DNA of 51,924 bases, the filler included, from Jimgerdemannia flammicorona (Eukaryota): NCBI GenBank assembly GCA_003990765.1. It is 2 parts of 2 records of this genome, joined end to end, with 100 filler letters (N's around TTAATTAATTAA, not from the genome) between each part and the next. Parts side by side here need not be neighbours in the genome. Positions count along the whole stretch, not along the records: positions 1 to 25,912 come from RBNJ01000776.1; 1 more part is not named here. One strand, 5' to 3'. Shown in pieces: positions 11,559-24,013 of the stretch. The position numbers and the translations under genes were made by a program. Numbering within the stretch: position 1 is the first letter of the stretch; every line of letters starts with the position of its first letter. The notes under the pieces were generated by a model. The model was not told the DNA's origin, did not search any database, and saw only the letters and a list, made by a program, of their open reading frames with translations.

Positions 11559-13140
11559 CTTTAGATGAATGGAAATTTAGCGAACACATTTAGAATATGA
11601 ACTTTATATAACAGTAGAAAACTATGGTTCACATGACTGACATACAGGTAGCTTTCCAATCGGTGGCAATGCTTTCCTCTAAACATAAATAACGAATATT
11701 ACAAGATAGCTGTTAGCCAAGTGTGATATTTCAAAATTATGACGATCCTCTGTTCTCCACTCGCCAATGTTACCTTCTATGCTACCGTAGCCTGAACAAT
11801 GCAACATAAGGCCGGAACATAAACGCCTGTCAGTTAGCAAATATGAACATCCTATGTAGGGATAATTGTACAATCTGTGAAGCTACCTACTTAGATTTGG
11901 TTGCAGCACGAGAGGGACAAGCGTCGATTGCGAGTGCTCTTTGGTGATGTGTTTAAGTTGTAAATGTGTGTGTAAAATTTACTTTTAGAATGGCTCGCTC
12001 CATCCTCGAATTCGAAGCTGTTGCTGTTTGCAGATTCCAGATATTGCTGATGGGTGACCCGTCTTACCTCGATGAATGACTGCATCTCAGGCGAAAATGG
12101 CATTGGTCTAAATGCAAGACCTTCTAAATTTGATTCTCTATCATTGGTTGCAAAACAAAAGGAATGCCGACTAAACCAGCTGCACATTCTAACAACTGAT
12201 GGTGTACTTCAAGTGCACTAGGCCGCTGGTTGGGGTCGACGCGCCAGCAGCTCCGGATGATATCGTTGAATGTTGTTGGTGCACCAGGGATCAACTCCTC
12301 TCGAAGGCCATCTGGATTTCTGGCGACGGCTACGGATGCATCGGTTTGTGGTGGCACGCTGACGATCAGCTGCCATAACAGGATTCCCAAGCAGTAGACG
12401 TCTGATTTCTGTGTATATTGTTCTCCTTTAAAGATCTCCGGAGGGAAGTATGCCATCCGACCGTAGACACCTTCCTCGGAATTTCCATCTTCTACAGCTT
12501 GACTAAGTCTGACAGCGCGGTGTGAGACTTGTGGAATACTACGTTTCCAGCGTGGAGATCCTTATGGCTGAAACCCATATTGTGGAGACTCGCCAAGCGG
12601 CTGGCAAGTTTAATGGCATACGCGAAGGTTGTATACCAATCGCCATCTTGTTCGCACGGCTGGTTCTCAAGGGTACCGATATCCGCAAATTGCATAATCA
12701 TCATATACTCTCAGTTTCAGAATGTCGTGACAAAGCGAAAATATTCATTGTAGGGGCATTGTCGGTATTATTTCTGCAGCGACGCAAATGGACATTGAGG
12801 ACTAACTGTATTGGTGAGATAAAACATAGCAAGGTTACTGGTAATTGGTATTGGAAAATATTGCATATATCACACGAACCGAAACTCACTTCTTCAACCA
12901 TTGACAATTTCAATTCTTTGGCGGCCACCTGATGCCATGCTGATTTCAGAGTAACATTGGCATGGTAAACCTTGGCAAACCCCCCTTCGGCAAATGTTGA
13001 AAAATCGTCAAGTTCACTGGGCGGAATCCAGGTAAGGTATGGCTTCAGTTGCGGCACGGCCAAAGTATCGAGGTAGGTCCTGTAGGCGGGTTTGGGCGAA
13101 CATGGCTTTGTAATAGTTATTCAGCGCTTCAGCGGTATCA
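7052..13140 (-). pseudogene. tyrosine-kinase-like protein kinase fused to a C-terminal RI/NLRC3-type LRR array; frameshifted (probable pseudogene)
   Basis: Kinase motifs AEGGFAKVY, VAAKEL, HKDLHAGN, YFPPE, SDVYCLG and CWRVDPNQRP at ~12190-13060 (intron 12806-12889), followed by ~27 LRR exons down to the TAG at 7052-7054. Frameshifts near 13081, 12710, 12512 and 12160. The 5' start is not resolved. Confidence 0.85.
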
Positions 13141-13629
13141 GGGCTGAGTCATATCACACATCACATGGCCATAGGTCAAATTGACCGCTTTGGTAACATC
13201 AGTTTCAATCAGTTGCCCTACGCCAGAGTCAACTTAGTTCAGGATTCAGATTTTCGACAGTTTCAGTATTAATAGTTAGTGCCGTTTCATCATCAACTTG
13301 GCAATTAGTAGCATACTACGTCTGTTGAATAGTCTGTTATATATCCTTCCCTTCTCTCTCCCCTTTACCCTCCCTCCCTTCCCTCTCTCCCCTTACCCAC
13401 TCTGTACCCCCTCTTCTTTCTCTCTCCTGATTCTCATTATACCATTCAATCAAGCTCACCGGGCTGCATAATGCTCTAATGCTGTCCTGTACTCTTCTCT
13501 TTTGCACTACACACCTATTCGTATGGTGAATCATCCCTAGTTATTCCGTCCGTATCAGTTACACCGTCCAAACCAGCTATACTGTCCACACCTCAACGAC
13601 TCCAAGACCCCTCCAAAGACGTACTGGTC

Positions 13630-14560
13630 GAGAAACCTTCCCCCGGAGATTGCAGAGCTCATACTCGGCTCCGTCAAGATCGATAATGATTGTGACCGCA
13701 ATATGCGTAACTTGGCTCCTTCGTGGCGCAAACCCGCCACACGCTTGCTCTTTAAGCACAATTTACGATGAACTGACCAACTACCTCCGCAAGATTCAAC
13801 GTCCGGAATACGCCCGCTACGCCAGCACCCCCCAAACCATTTGTCTTTCTCGTCTTTTAGGACCCGAAATCACAGAAAAGGCCCTCGTCGAGTCCGGCCT
13901 GAATATTGTCTCTTTCAAGATATTCAAGTGCCCTCCGACCTGGGTCGCTGAGCTATCCTCTTGACCATGTGCACTCACTAGCCACGCCTAGCCGAACTCT
14001 CCCTCCACTGCTGCAATCACTTCTACAGCAGAAAATTCATAACTGCCATCAAGCGTTGGCCGGGCTTGACCCACTTAGACCTTACCGACGTCGGGGCAAT
14101 CAATACCACGAAATTATCAGGCTTCTCCCGAACCTTCGGAGCCTTCGCCTGTCCTGCCAAGTCAATGAGAAATCGGACCGCAACTCCATGTTCCGCGACC
14201 GCATGTCCAACGGTCTCCTGCGTGTGATGATTAACACGAGCCAGTTTTCAAGGTCATTGAGCTCAACAACTGCACGCGCCTCTCCAACTTGCCCATCCTC
14301 AACTGTTTCAATAGTTTCGTCAACACCCTCGAGTGCCTCGTAACAAGTAAATCTCAGGCATCACCCTCGCCGAGGTCATCGCCGTTTGTGACTCCTTCGC
14401 TTCGTCGACGCTTCTCATTCCAGCTTCAACAACAAGGACCTTCGTCACCTCTCCGGCACTTCCTCGGACGGTAGCCCCGAGGTCGCCCCGTGTATTGGCC
14501 AGCAGACACCAGTTCGCGTCTCTTCGTATCGGTGGAAAATAAGAAATGAAGCACAATATC
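13630..14560 (+). pseudogene. F-box (probably F-box/LRR) protein relic with frameshifts
   Basis: RNLPPEIAELILGSV ... WRKPATRLLFKH (F-box-like), then IIRLLPNLRSLRLSC in another frame. No continuous ORF. Confidence 0.5.
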
Positions 14561-15514
14561 AGCAAGGGAATGAAATGTGGTTTACCAAAACGAATCAGCT
14601 ATGAAATTGCCTACACACGCATAGCAGTTTAAGTCTCAGTCATATGGTTATTCTCGCCCACGCCACTTCATACAATGATCTACGGCAATGACGAAACCCC
14701 CCCCACCAACATTATCTCCGCTGAGGTGAACACAACATTCCAGTCTCCACACAGGTTGGATCAGTCGCAGGTACCCGTGAGTCCACGGGCAACTCGTTCA
14801 TAAACACCCTTATGTCATTCCAAAAAATCAGGGAGCCAAGTCCATGGGCAATACACGATTCGAACTTCATGCAAAAGGACTTTTTTTTAAAAAAATAATA
14901 ATAATAACAATAATAACAATAATAATTATTATTATTAATGGATATGTATATATATAATTTTGCGTGTATAATTGCTGATCAGCGATTTTGGGTATGGTGG
15001 ATCTGAAGAAATATAATTTCTGTCAATGCCAAATGACCAACTCGCGTGCTCAAAACACGAACTCTTCGCACCATATGGGACCTTACACTCTTCATTATTA
15101 CTCATTACATCTACGGACACAACCCCAATTAATCCCATACATGTGTTTGTGTATCCAAAGGAAAATCCAGCACATCTATCAAAAAAAACACTACTACATC
15201 ACCCCAGATAGCGTCCCAGATAACAACCTACCAGGACTAGCAACCCAGACTGCAAAATAAATTTAATGATCCAAGATGTCATATACCCGACCCGACCGCA
15301 TGGCAATGTAATAGTATAAATGAAGATCGACAATGACAAAACTAGATGCGTGAATACATTTCATTCAAGTTCACCATTATCTAGCATATGGTGAGGTTCA
15401 ATCTGCTTGCGCATCGATGGTAAATGTTCCCATTAAACTACACATTTCATTGGTCAACTGCTCCGTTTGGCTCTTTTGTTATTAAAGTGTGTCTTGTTTG
15501 CTATTACTTCAATA

Positions 15515-15554
<40 letters not shown>

Positions 15555-15853
15555 GCATCAATCTTGGTGTTGGTGGAGAACCTTTATTAAGATCATTGAC
15601 CTTTGATGAAGATATTATGCATTCTTCTTAATTAAGAGAAGTTGGTTCTTTGATAGTGAAGTTGAAAACTTCTGTCAATCATAGTATAAAGAGGCTCTAG
15701 ACTATAAAAGTGTGTGTGCTTAAAATTCTTAACCAACTTATATATATAAACCTACACACATCTATGTCACTAGCCCAACTCTCATAGAGATACTAATGGC
15801 TATGCCAATTTAATTATAACAGAGTAACAAGCAGTAATAATAGCAGGATCTCA

Positions 15854-16185
15854 CCAGCCTACATATATCTCACTAGTCTACATCTAACTCACTAATCTCT
15901 ATATATCATTAGTCTATATATCTCACATACCTATATGTCCATATGTACCTTGCCAACCCACCTATATCTCATCAACCCCCACACATCTCATCAGCCCATA
16001 CACATCTTACCATCCTATATATATCTCACCCACCTGTATATATCTCACTATCCTATATACATCTCATCCACCTATATACATCTCACTACCCTACATGCAT
16101 CTTGCCCACCTATATATATCTCACTATCTGGTATAAATTCCACTAGCCCAGCCCCTGTGCATCTCACACACCTGTATATCTGCTT
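15854..16185. repeat. degenerate ~19-bp minisatellite (CACCTATATACATCTCA-like)
   Basis: Repeated CACC/CCTATATA(C/T)ATCTCAC units are visible by eye. Confidence 0.7.
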
Positions 16186-17919
16186 ACACACTCACACACC
16201 CAGTAAGATATATATGGACTGATGAGATTCATTCAAGTACATGTGAACTTGAATGTGCTACTGTGATGGTGCAGAGATCTATAACAAAAAAGAGAGAGTA
16301 GTTAGCATAGTAAGAGTTGGAAAATTCACCTACTGGTAATTCTTTTCATAATTATATTATACTATCATCCAAATATACCCAGAGAAGACTCATAGTGGAG
16401 GATTATTCCAAATTCATAGGGTCTATTTATAGAAGAAGAAAATATACATACTTAGTGACAATATGTAAAAGACTGTTGTCAACCAACTTGTTGAGTGTGA
16501 TATTTGAAAGTGTTAGAGGTAAATAATCATATTTTAGTCTATCAATTACAGGGATACTATAAGATCTGAATCATGGGGCAGTCTATGAATTATCAAGCAG
16601 TCTATCTATGAATTGCCAAGCAGTATATCTGTGAATCACTGGGCAGTCTGTAAAAGGGAAATGAGTAACCTCTCTGGTCGAAAAACTGATTTCACAAAGT
16701 CAACTTAGATAGCTTTTGACTACATGAAGCCAAAATTTGACCAGATGGGGTTCTGACAAATGATGGCTTAAAATATTATATTCAGATTCAGATTGAAGGA
16801 ATATATTATGTGCAAGATATTATCAAATACTCCAACTAGGCTCTGGCTTAGTAAATCATATCACACTCAAAATAACACTAATATATACTACTCTCAATCA
16901 ATGAGTGCTCTCTCTCTGCCATCATCAGTAAGATAAATAATAGTGTATCTCATATGATTATATAGATAGGATAAAAAAAGAATACATAAGTTCATTATAT
17001 TCTCATCAATCTGTCAGTTGGTCATGATGAACCTCTGTTAACTTACTTTGATACAGCCCAACACTTTACAGTTATATTGTCAAGGAAGGCCAATCTGTTC
17101 TTTATTTAAAAAATGGTTCTGGCCATCTTCTCAATCTTTTCACTATTTCAAATATTGAAAAAAAATATTACATACTTCTCAAGTGTTTTATCTCCACTTT
17201 TCATATAAAAAAAAAAAAAAAAAAAAAAAACTGATATCATCACATATATTTATTATATAATTAGATTTATTTATAGCTATTTAGTTTGCAACTAATAGTA
17301 GATGAGGTATATATAAAGAGTGGGATTTTGTGTGATGATTCCAGCACTAAATGCATAACTATAAAAGATCTTGAATTTCATCAAGTGGCAACAACTCATC
17401 TCTTTGAGTCTTGATATCAAAGTCAGGGTTGAGGGTAGTGAAGTCATTAGAAGAAATGTTGACCTTCTACAGAGTAATATCAATATAGTCAAAACACAGG
17501 ATCAGTTTTGTCTTGATCACTCGGCAGGTTGTAGTAGAGTTTGTAACAGTAACTGGTAAGCCTTGGCTGAGGTACAGAGAACTAGAATTTGTATATCAAG
17601 GTGAGGGGACTATATAGACATATCAATCAGTCACTGCACATCAGACTCTATCATATTGTCAGAATCAGAATAGTTATACTGGAATTATAAAATACATACA
17701 ATAAAGATAGGCTAAATATAGTAGAGGTCTGTAAGATATTAATCATAACTATAAATCTAACTTTTTCAGTTCCAAATTTCTTAATCACAGTCTGTTATCT
17801 GAAGAACCATTAGAAAAACCATATTCAATCCAATCTATCTACAGGGCCTACTAGTCTGACTCAAACTCTTCAAACTCCTGCACAGAGCCCACCAAACTGA
17901 AATCTTGGCTTGGAAGAAT

Positions 17920-18135
17920 TACTATTTATATTACAACCAAAAACTCTATACCTACTTTGACACTTTGGCCATACCACAGCTGGAGCCAAATTCTACCTAA
18001 AGAATTCAGTCAAACTCATGGTAAATTGAAACAACTTACCAAAGGTGGGTTTGCCAAAGTTTACCAGGCAAAAGTTATTGTGAAGTCAGTATATTATGAG
18101 GTGGCAGCCAAAGAATTGAAATTGTTAATAATTAG
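17920..18135 (+). pseudogene. decayed N-terminal fragment of a paralogue of the 12-13 kb kinase
   Basis: TYFDTLAIPQLEP and KGGFAKVYQAKVIVKSVYYEVAAKELKLLI align with TYLDTLAVPQLKP and EGGFAKVYHANVTLKSAWHQVAAKELKLSM. The Trp codon TGG has become TAA. Confidence 0.85.
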
Positions 18136-19305
18136 ATATTAAAATTAATATTTTTACTATTATTCTAATTATAACTATCATTAGTTTCTTCAATATAGCT
18201 GATATTATTCTAAAATTTTGTTTCTTTTATTTTTACAACTCTTTTAACCTAGTTACTATATTATTAAACAAATCTCTATAGTAATATTCTCTCAGCTAAT
18301 ATGTAGTTTTACTTCTATATTATTATTATTATTATTATTATTTTACTATTTAGAATAATAATGAAATTGATATTTATTTATTATTATTTATTATATTTCT
18401 AAATACATTGGCCTTCTCTCTATCTAGATATCTACTTATATACTGAAGCTTTATTTTATTTTATTTTTTATATCTTTAACCATAATAAAGACAATAATTT
18501 CTAAACTACTTCTGCTTCTGGTCAGCTCTAATACTAGTATGTAAATTTTATTTTAGATTGCAATACTTATTTTGAAAAGAAATATATTACTAAATGTTCT
18601 CAATTCAATGTCAGTAACAGCAATGTTGGTAATTGCATACAAGAGCTCTTGGAAGATAAGGGAGCTCCAGCATACAACCAGCAGAAATCTGAATGCAATT
18701 AAATCCAGTGGCAGTCCAATCCAATCTGGTGCAGTCTATTGCTTGAGGTAAAGGCGGGAGAATGGCAGAGGAAGTCGATATTGTGCTCTTCAGGCCTTCA
18801 AGCGACCGCCTTATACTATGGCTATCTGAATTGGTTGGTGGGTGACGAGGTGCGCGGCGGTTCGCGGGCTTTGGCGGGGTGGCGAGCAGATGTCGGGCAT
18901 GATGTAGGTGGTGTCGATTGGAAGGGGTTAAGTTATGCTAGTTTTAAGGGGCGGACGGAATGGGTACTCCTGAATTTTTATAAGTTATAAGCGGATAACC
19001 ATATAGGGGTCGTTCCTTGATGACGAGTAGTTGCCGAGCGCGGGCGAATAGACTAAGAGTACGTTGGCTAGACTATAGTGTTCGGATTGGCTCAGCGGGT
19101 GTTACGGTGATAGAATAAAGGATAGGTAATACGGTTCGGGCTGCGTAATAAAGATGTGCATCCAAGGCGGGTAATAAAGGGTTATAAATTGGTGACATCT
19201 CTGAGGAGTGATGTCGCAATATAAAAAACAAAGGAATTCTTTCTGCAGCCGAAACCGCACCTTAACCATCTTACAGACCCATTTATTTCACTCGCTTTTG
19301 TAAAC

Positions 19306-20799
19306 ATGGTCGAGCAATCCGACAGCGGTCTTAGCCTCAAGGATGACATTGCCTCCATCTGGAAGGACCCAACCTACCACGATGTGACTATCGTCTGCGC
19401 TGATGGCGTCGAGCTAGGTGCATGCCATGCCATACTGGCGTCAAGGTTTGTCCAATTTCGATTCACTTGAGCAGTTGTGTTCATTGTTTTTCATGGCACT
19501 AATGTCATCTGATCTCTTGAAAGATGCCCAGTATTCAAGGCGATGTTATACGGAAACATGCAAGAGAGTTTTTCTCATCGCATCGTCCTCAGCGACATCA
19601 CCTCCACGGTGTTCAACATCGTCCTCGATTTCATTCACACCGAAACCATTGACAAAACTGTCAACATTTCTATCACGGTAGGAATATACTGTGCGGCAAG
19701 CTTCCTCCTCCTCCCCAAACTTATGAAGATAGTGCTGGAGTGTGCGTGCAACCTTGACGATTTCGGTGTCGCCTCATCTCTTCTCAACGAAGCCGTTGCC
19801 GCCATCCCATGGAGCGAAGCCAATAAAGACCTCTACAATGTGCTCTTTCAACCATTCTGCGCTCACAAGCTCGCCATTGGCGAGCTGGCCGACCTCTCCG
19901 AAGAGGCCCTCGAGCTACTCCTCACTGAGGCAAGGGCCCTTGCCACACCTGAGCACGAACTGTTGCTGTGCGTCGTTGATTGGGCCTGGGAACGCAATGA
20001 GGATGCGCCGTCGGCTTCGGAGCGCCATGCTGTCCTGCATGATATTAACGATATGGTTGTAGGGTGCAGTGGCACAGTCCGGCTAGGAGATGGCGCGTCG
20101 CGCACCTTGCTACTCAGAATGATGAGCCACTTTGACCTCAAGCTCATTTGCCCACATCGACTCAAGAGCTTCACAGAGGCAGTCGACACATTTACAGAGA
20201 CCTCTCCACACTACATGTCATTTTTTAATCATGACTGCAAGAATACCACATGCCCTAGGGGGCATCCGTCCGGAAAGACACTTTATAATGCCATTCTCAA
20301 GTGGGATACATCGAAAGTCAACACTAGATGTCTGGAAATATCAGAAGATGGCAAGGTTATAGAGTATAAAATGGGGCTAAATCATGGGGTACGGACAATA
20401 CATCTTTCCACTCCTGGGATAAAGATTCGCAACAATCTACGCGAATGGGACATTGTTGTTGAATCCATCACCAGATTTTGCGATATTGGGCTCATTGGAG
20501 AGGAATACATAAATTTCGGTAGTTACATGATAAACCAGCCACATGCGTGGGCCTTCCGATCCTCCGAAGAATATCAATATATCACCGCCTATGCTGGACA
20601 AAATTTCGAGCATTATGGCCGACGTATTTGTAAAGGTGATGTCATAACCTTGCATTTAAACCCAGATGACCATACATGCGCCATTTCGATCAATGGGCAC
20701 AATCAAGGAACAGCCTGGACCAATCTCCCCGACAAGGTGTACCCTGCTGTAACATTAACTGATGGATGCAAGTACCGGGTGAAATATCATCAAGGCTAA
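19306..20799 (+). CDS. BTB/POZ (+BACK-like) and SPRY domain protein, 471 aa, 2 exons (19306-19445, 19524-20799)
   Basis: YHDVTIVCADGVELGACHAILASR|CPVFKAMLYGNMQES...VFNIVLDFIHT (BTB). The C-terminal GDVITLHLN...ISINGHNQGTAWTNLPDKVYPAVTL is SPRY/B30.2-like. A GT..AG intron restores the frame. Confidence 0.88.
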
Positions 20800-23700
20800 A
20801 TAAGCTCCTAGTTTAACAAATGAATAGTGACATTGTCCTGTACCCAATCTATGTTGTATTATCCCAACATTTTACATTTTTACGAACTGCTTATCATTTA
20901 GCTGTGGTCATTCATTCTTGACTTGCTGTCTTTTCTATAAGGTGTTGTGTCTGCTATATTCATCTTAAGTGGTACTATGGATAAAAGTATCATTGAGTGT
21001 TAACAAAAAATATATATATATTTTTTTGGTTTAATTGAAGTCTGAAAATTGAGCTCTGGGCTGCGACTCTACACTATATATCCAATCCAGTATTGGTGGA
21101 GAACAATGATTGTATAACCATACTGTCACAAAAATGTTGATAGTGGTCTTTCCATATACAGGAAAATATCATATTCTCACTAAAATGCTCTTGAGTACCT
21201 ATATTGATATATTGATATAAGCTGTTTAATTCATATATCTTTTGTGTTCACTGAAGGACAGTATGTTTCTTGTATATACTTTCAGTCTACACACAGATCT
21301 CAAGCAAGTGAATAATTGACTGCTTCATTGTACTTATTAAACTAAGAGCCTGTTAAGTGCCATATTTTAGGATTAATGCATTCCTATTATTTTATTCACT
21401 ATATCTCTTTTTCTCCAGAGACCACACCACTGAATTGGTGAAGTTGGAATCACTCCTAACAGGACCAGATAATAGTTAGAATAGGTGAAAAAGTGATTCA
21501 ATGGGTTTATTTTTATTTTATTTTTTTTCTTTAGCTTATCTTGTTTTCTAAATATATATCTTGCTTCTACCCAGTTTGTAATAGTATTTTTTGTGGAATT
21601 CAATGAATATGTATGTTACCTTCAACCAAAATAATTAACCAATATATCTAGTAGCTATGTTTGACATTCATGAATGCATGCCTTACATTATGGTAATGAG
21701 CTCTCTATTTATGACTATCTCTCTTCAGAATGGCCAGCACATAGTGCAAACATATTCCCACTAGATGTTACTTATATATATTACTGTAAGAGACCTACCA
21801 GCCTCATGACAACTTTTTTGATAAAGATACCAGCTTTTGATCTAAGTCTGAGCAGTGGCTGCAAAACTAAAAGTTTTGTCACCCATAGTATTAAAGAGTA
21901 TATTTGGATCTGTCTGGATTGATCAGCTGCTAAAAATATTATAAGCTATAATTTAAAAGTAATTAATTAGTAAGACAAAGGCATTGAGGTTAGTGAAGGA
22001 GACTCTGTTTACAATATTGACTGCTAAGGAGATGTCTTTGATATTGGCATTGTATTTGCTATCAAATGTGTGAAGATTTATAAGGAGCTTCAGAAAGTTT
22101 AGAGTATCATTTTGAGTATCAAACTTATTATAGATATTGTCAATATTGCCTGGATATTTATTGGAGAGGAATTCTGATATCATGTTAGTATTATCTGTAC
22201 TTGACTATTCTTTTTGGCTACATAACTACAAACTTCTATAGAAATCTACTTTCAATTAATATCAATTCTATCTAGTCTATATATATATATATATCAATTA
22301 GTGATACATATGAACTGCTCTATAAAGTAAGTATAGTAGCCTACATCCACTGCCATAACCAAGAAATATGATGAGCCTGTCCATCTGCTAACTGAAATCT
22401 TTAGTTTGTATAAGTTTGATAAGTGTCTTGAGGGTATCCTGGCTAGTGAGAGTGATATTATCAAAGTTGTTCAGAATGGTGAAAGCATATATCCAAGCAG
22501 GAGTTTTGTACAGTACTTCATAATCATGATGAGAAGAGATAACTGAGATATTCTCTACCACTTATAACAATTATTCCTATTTTATATCTACTATTTAGCT
22601 AATATATTCATTTTATTTTAGTTACTAACATTGCTAGAAAAAAAGGTTTTAGTAAGTTATTAATGTGAAACTGAATTAATATTGTCTGCTAGCACTATCA
22701 AGCAATATATATTATAGGAACTTAAGACAAAATGTCAAAGAATTCAAGAGACTGCCATTCTTATTTTTTGAGCAGATATATTCATCAAGTAATTAGATTT
22801 CATGTTATAATTATGATATATATGTCAAACACATACTATAAATCATATGAATTTATTATTTCATTAGGTGATCCTTGCATCAGTATAATCTGTCAATTTC
22901 AAGTATAAGAATCATTAACACACATATTCTTCATCCAATTGTTTAGTTGTAAGACAGCTTAACAACACATACTGTAGCTATGAGCAAGACTCCTTAGGGA
23001 ATGTTTCGATAGATTAGTATGAAGATAGTGAGAAAACAGAGGGCATGCCATTTTGCTTGCATATATATACTTTCCTCTCACCTATTTGTCTTTGACTGCT
23101 TGCTTATATATAAGACCACTTTCACATACATCTGAATCTTTTATAAATTGTCACTGGTTATGTGACCCATGGGTCGAAAAAACTAACCTTGGCATTTATC
23201 GCTCATTCCATCTGGAAACCTGGTCTGGTGAGAGGCTAATCTAACAAACTTATTTGAGGCAGCCTTGGTGAATTTGAATCCGTCATTGTCGATTCGTTGT
23301 CAAATGATTGAAACGTATCAAATAGCACCCCCTTCTCTCCCTTCTATAATTGTAGGTGCCTGATGTTTTTGAGAGTTACCAGATTTCCAGATTCCGCTTA
23401 CCGTGCAAACATGGACCCTTGTGTGGCACAAAATTACAAGGATGAATTTTCCTAATACACTAGGCCTTATATCTGTCCCTTGTCATCCGCTGTTCTGTAG
23501 ACAACCATATGCTTCGCTTGAGTGTAACTTCTGGGGGGAGAAGAAAGAAAGAAAAGGTGGTACTAATGACATAGAAACTACAAACTAGAGAAGATAAAAC
23601 ATCGATCTTGCGCCAAATAAAGATTTTGCACCAACAGAACTACAAAAGACGCTGATTTCAGGAACCTGCGGAAGATAAGCATATGAAAGGCAACAAGGAG

Positions 23701-23908
23701 ATAACTTATTTTTAGATTTGATAAACGTAATTCGGTACTTACTCTCAAAAGTCAACCCACCCCCTTATTTTTTTACCACCCTATCCCAAGTGGAATGATG
23801 ACTTAGTCCAGTGAAACGGTTCTACGCAAGATGCAAGATGAGACCGCTAGAAATACATCTCGGAAGGGGCGAGGGGGCTATGCACAGATTGACGTGGGCT
23901 CTCCATAT

Positions 23909-24013
23909 AGTCTGATATTTTTAATGGAGAAATTTGTATAAATAGTGAGTCTATAGGATTGCAATAAAGAGCAGTCTGATATTTTTAATAGAGAAATTTG
24001 TATAAATAGTGAG
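23909..24013. repeat. 41-bp direct repeat (23909-23949 and 23973-24013)
   Basis: AGTCTGATATTTTTAAT(G/A)GAGAAATTTGTATAAATAGTGAG occurs twice. Confidence 0.85.

Noticed and set aside
21000..23170. AT-rich, CpG-poor block with broken reading frames, possibly a DNA transposase relic
   Set aside because: No diagnostic motif, TIR or TSD could be established by eye.
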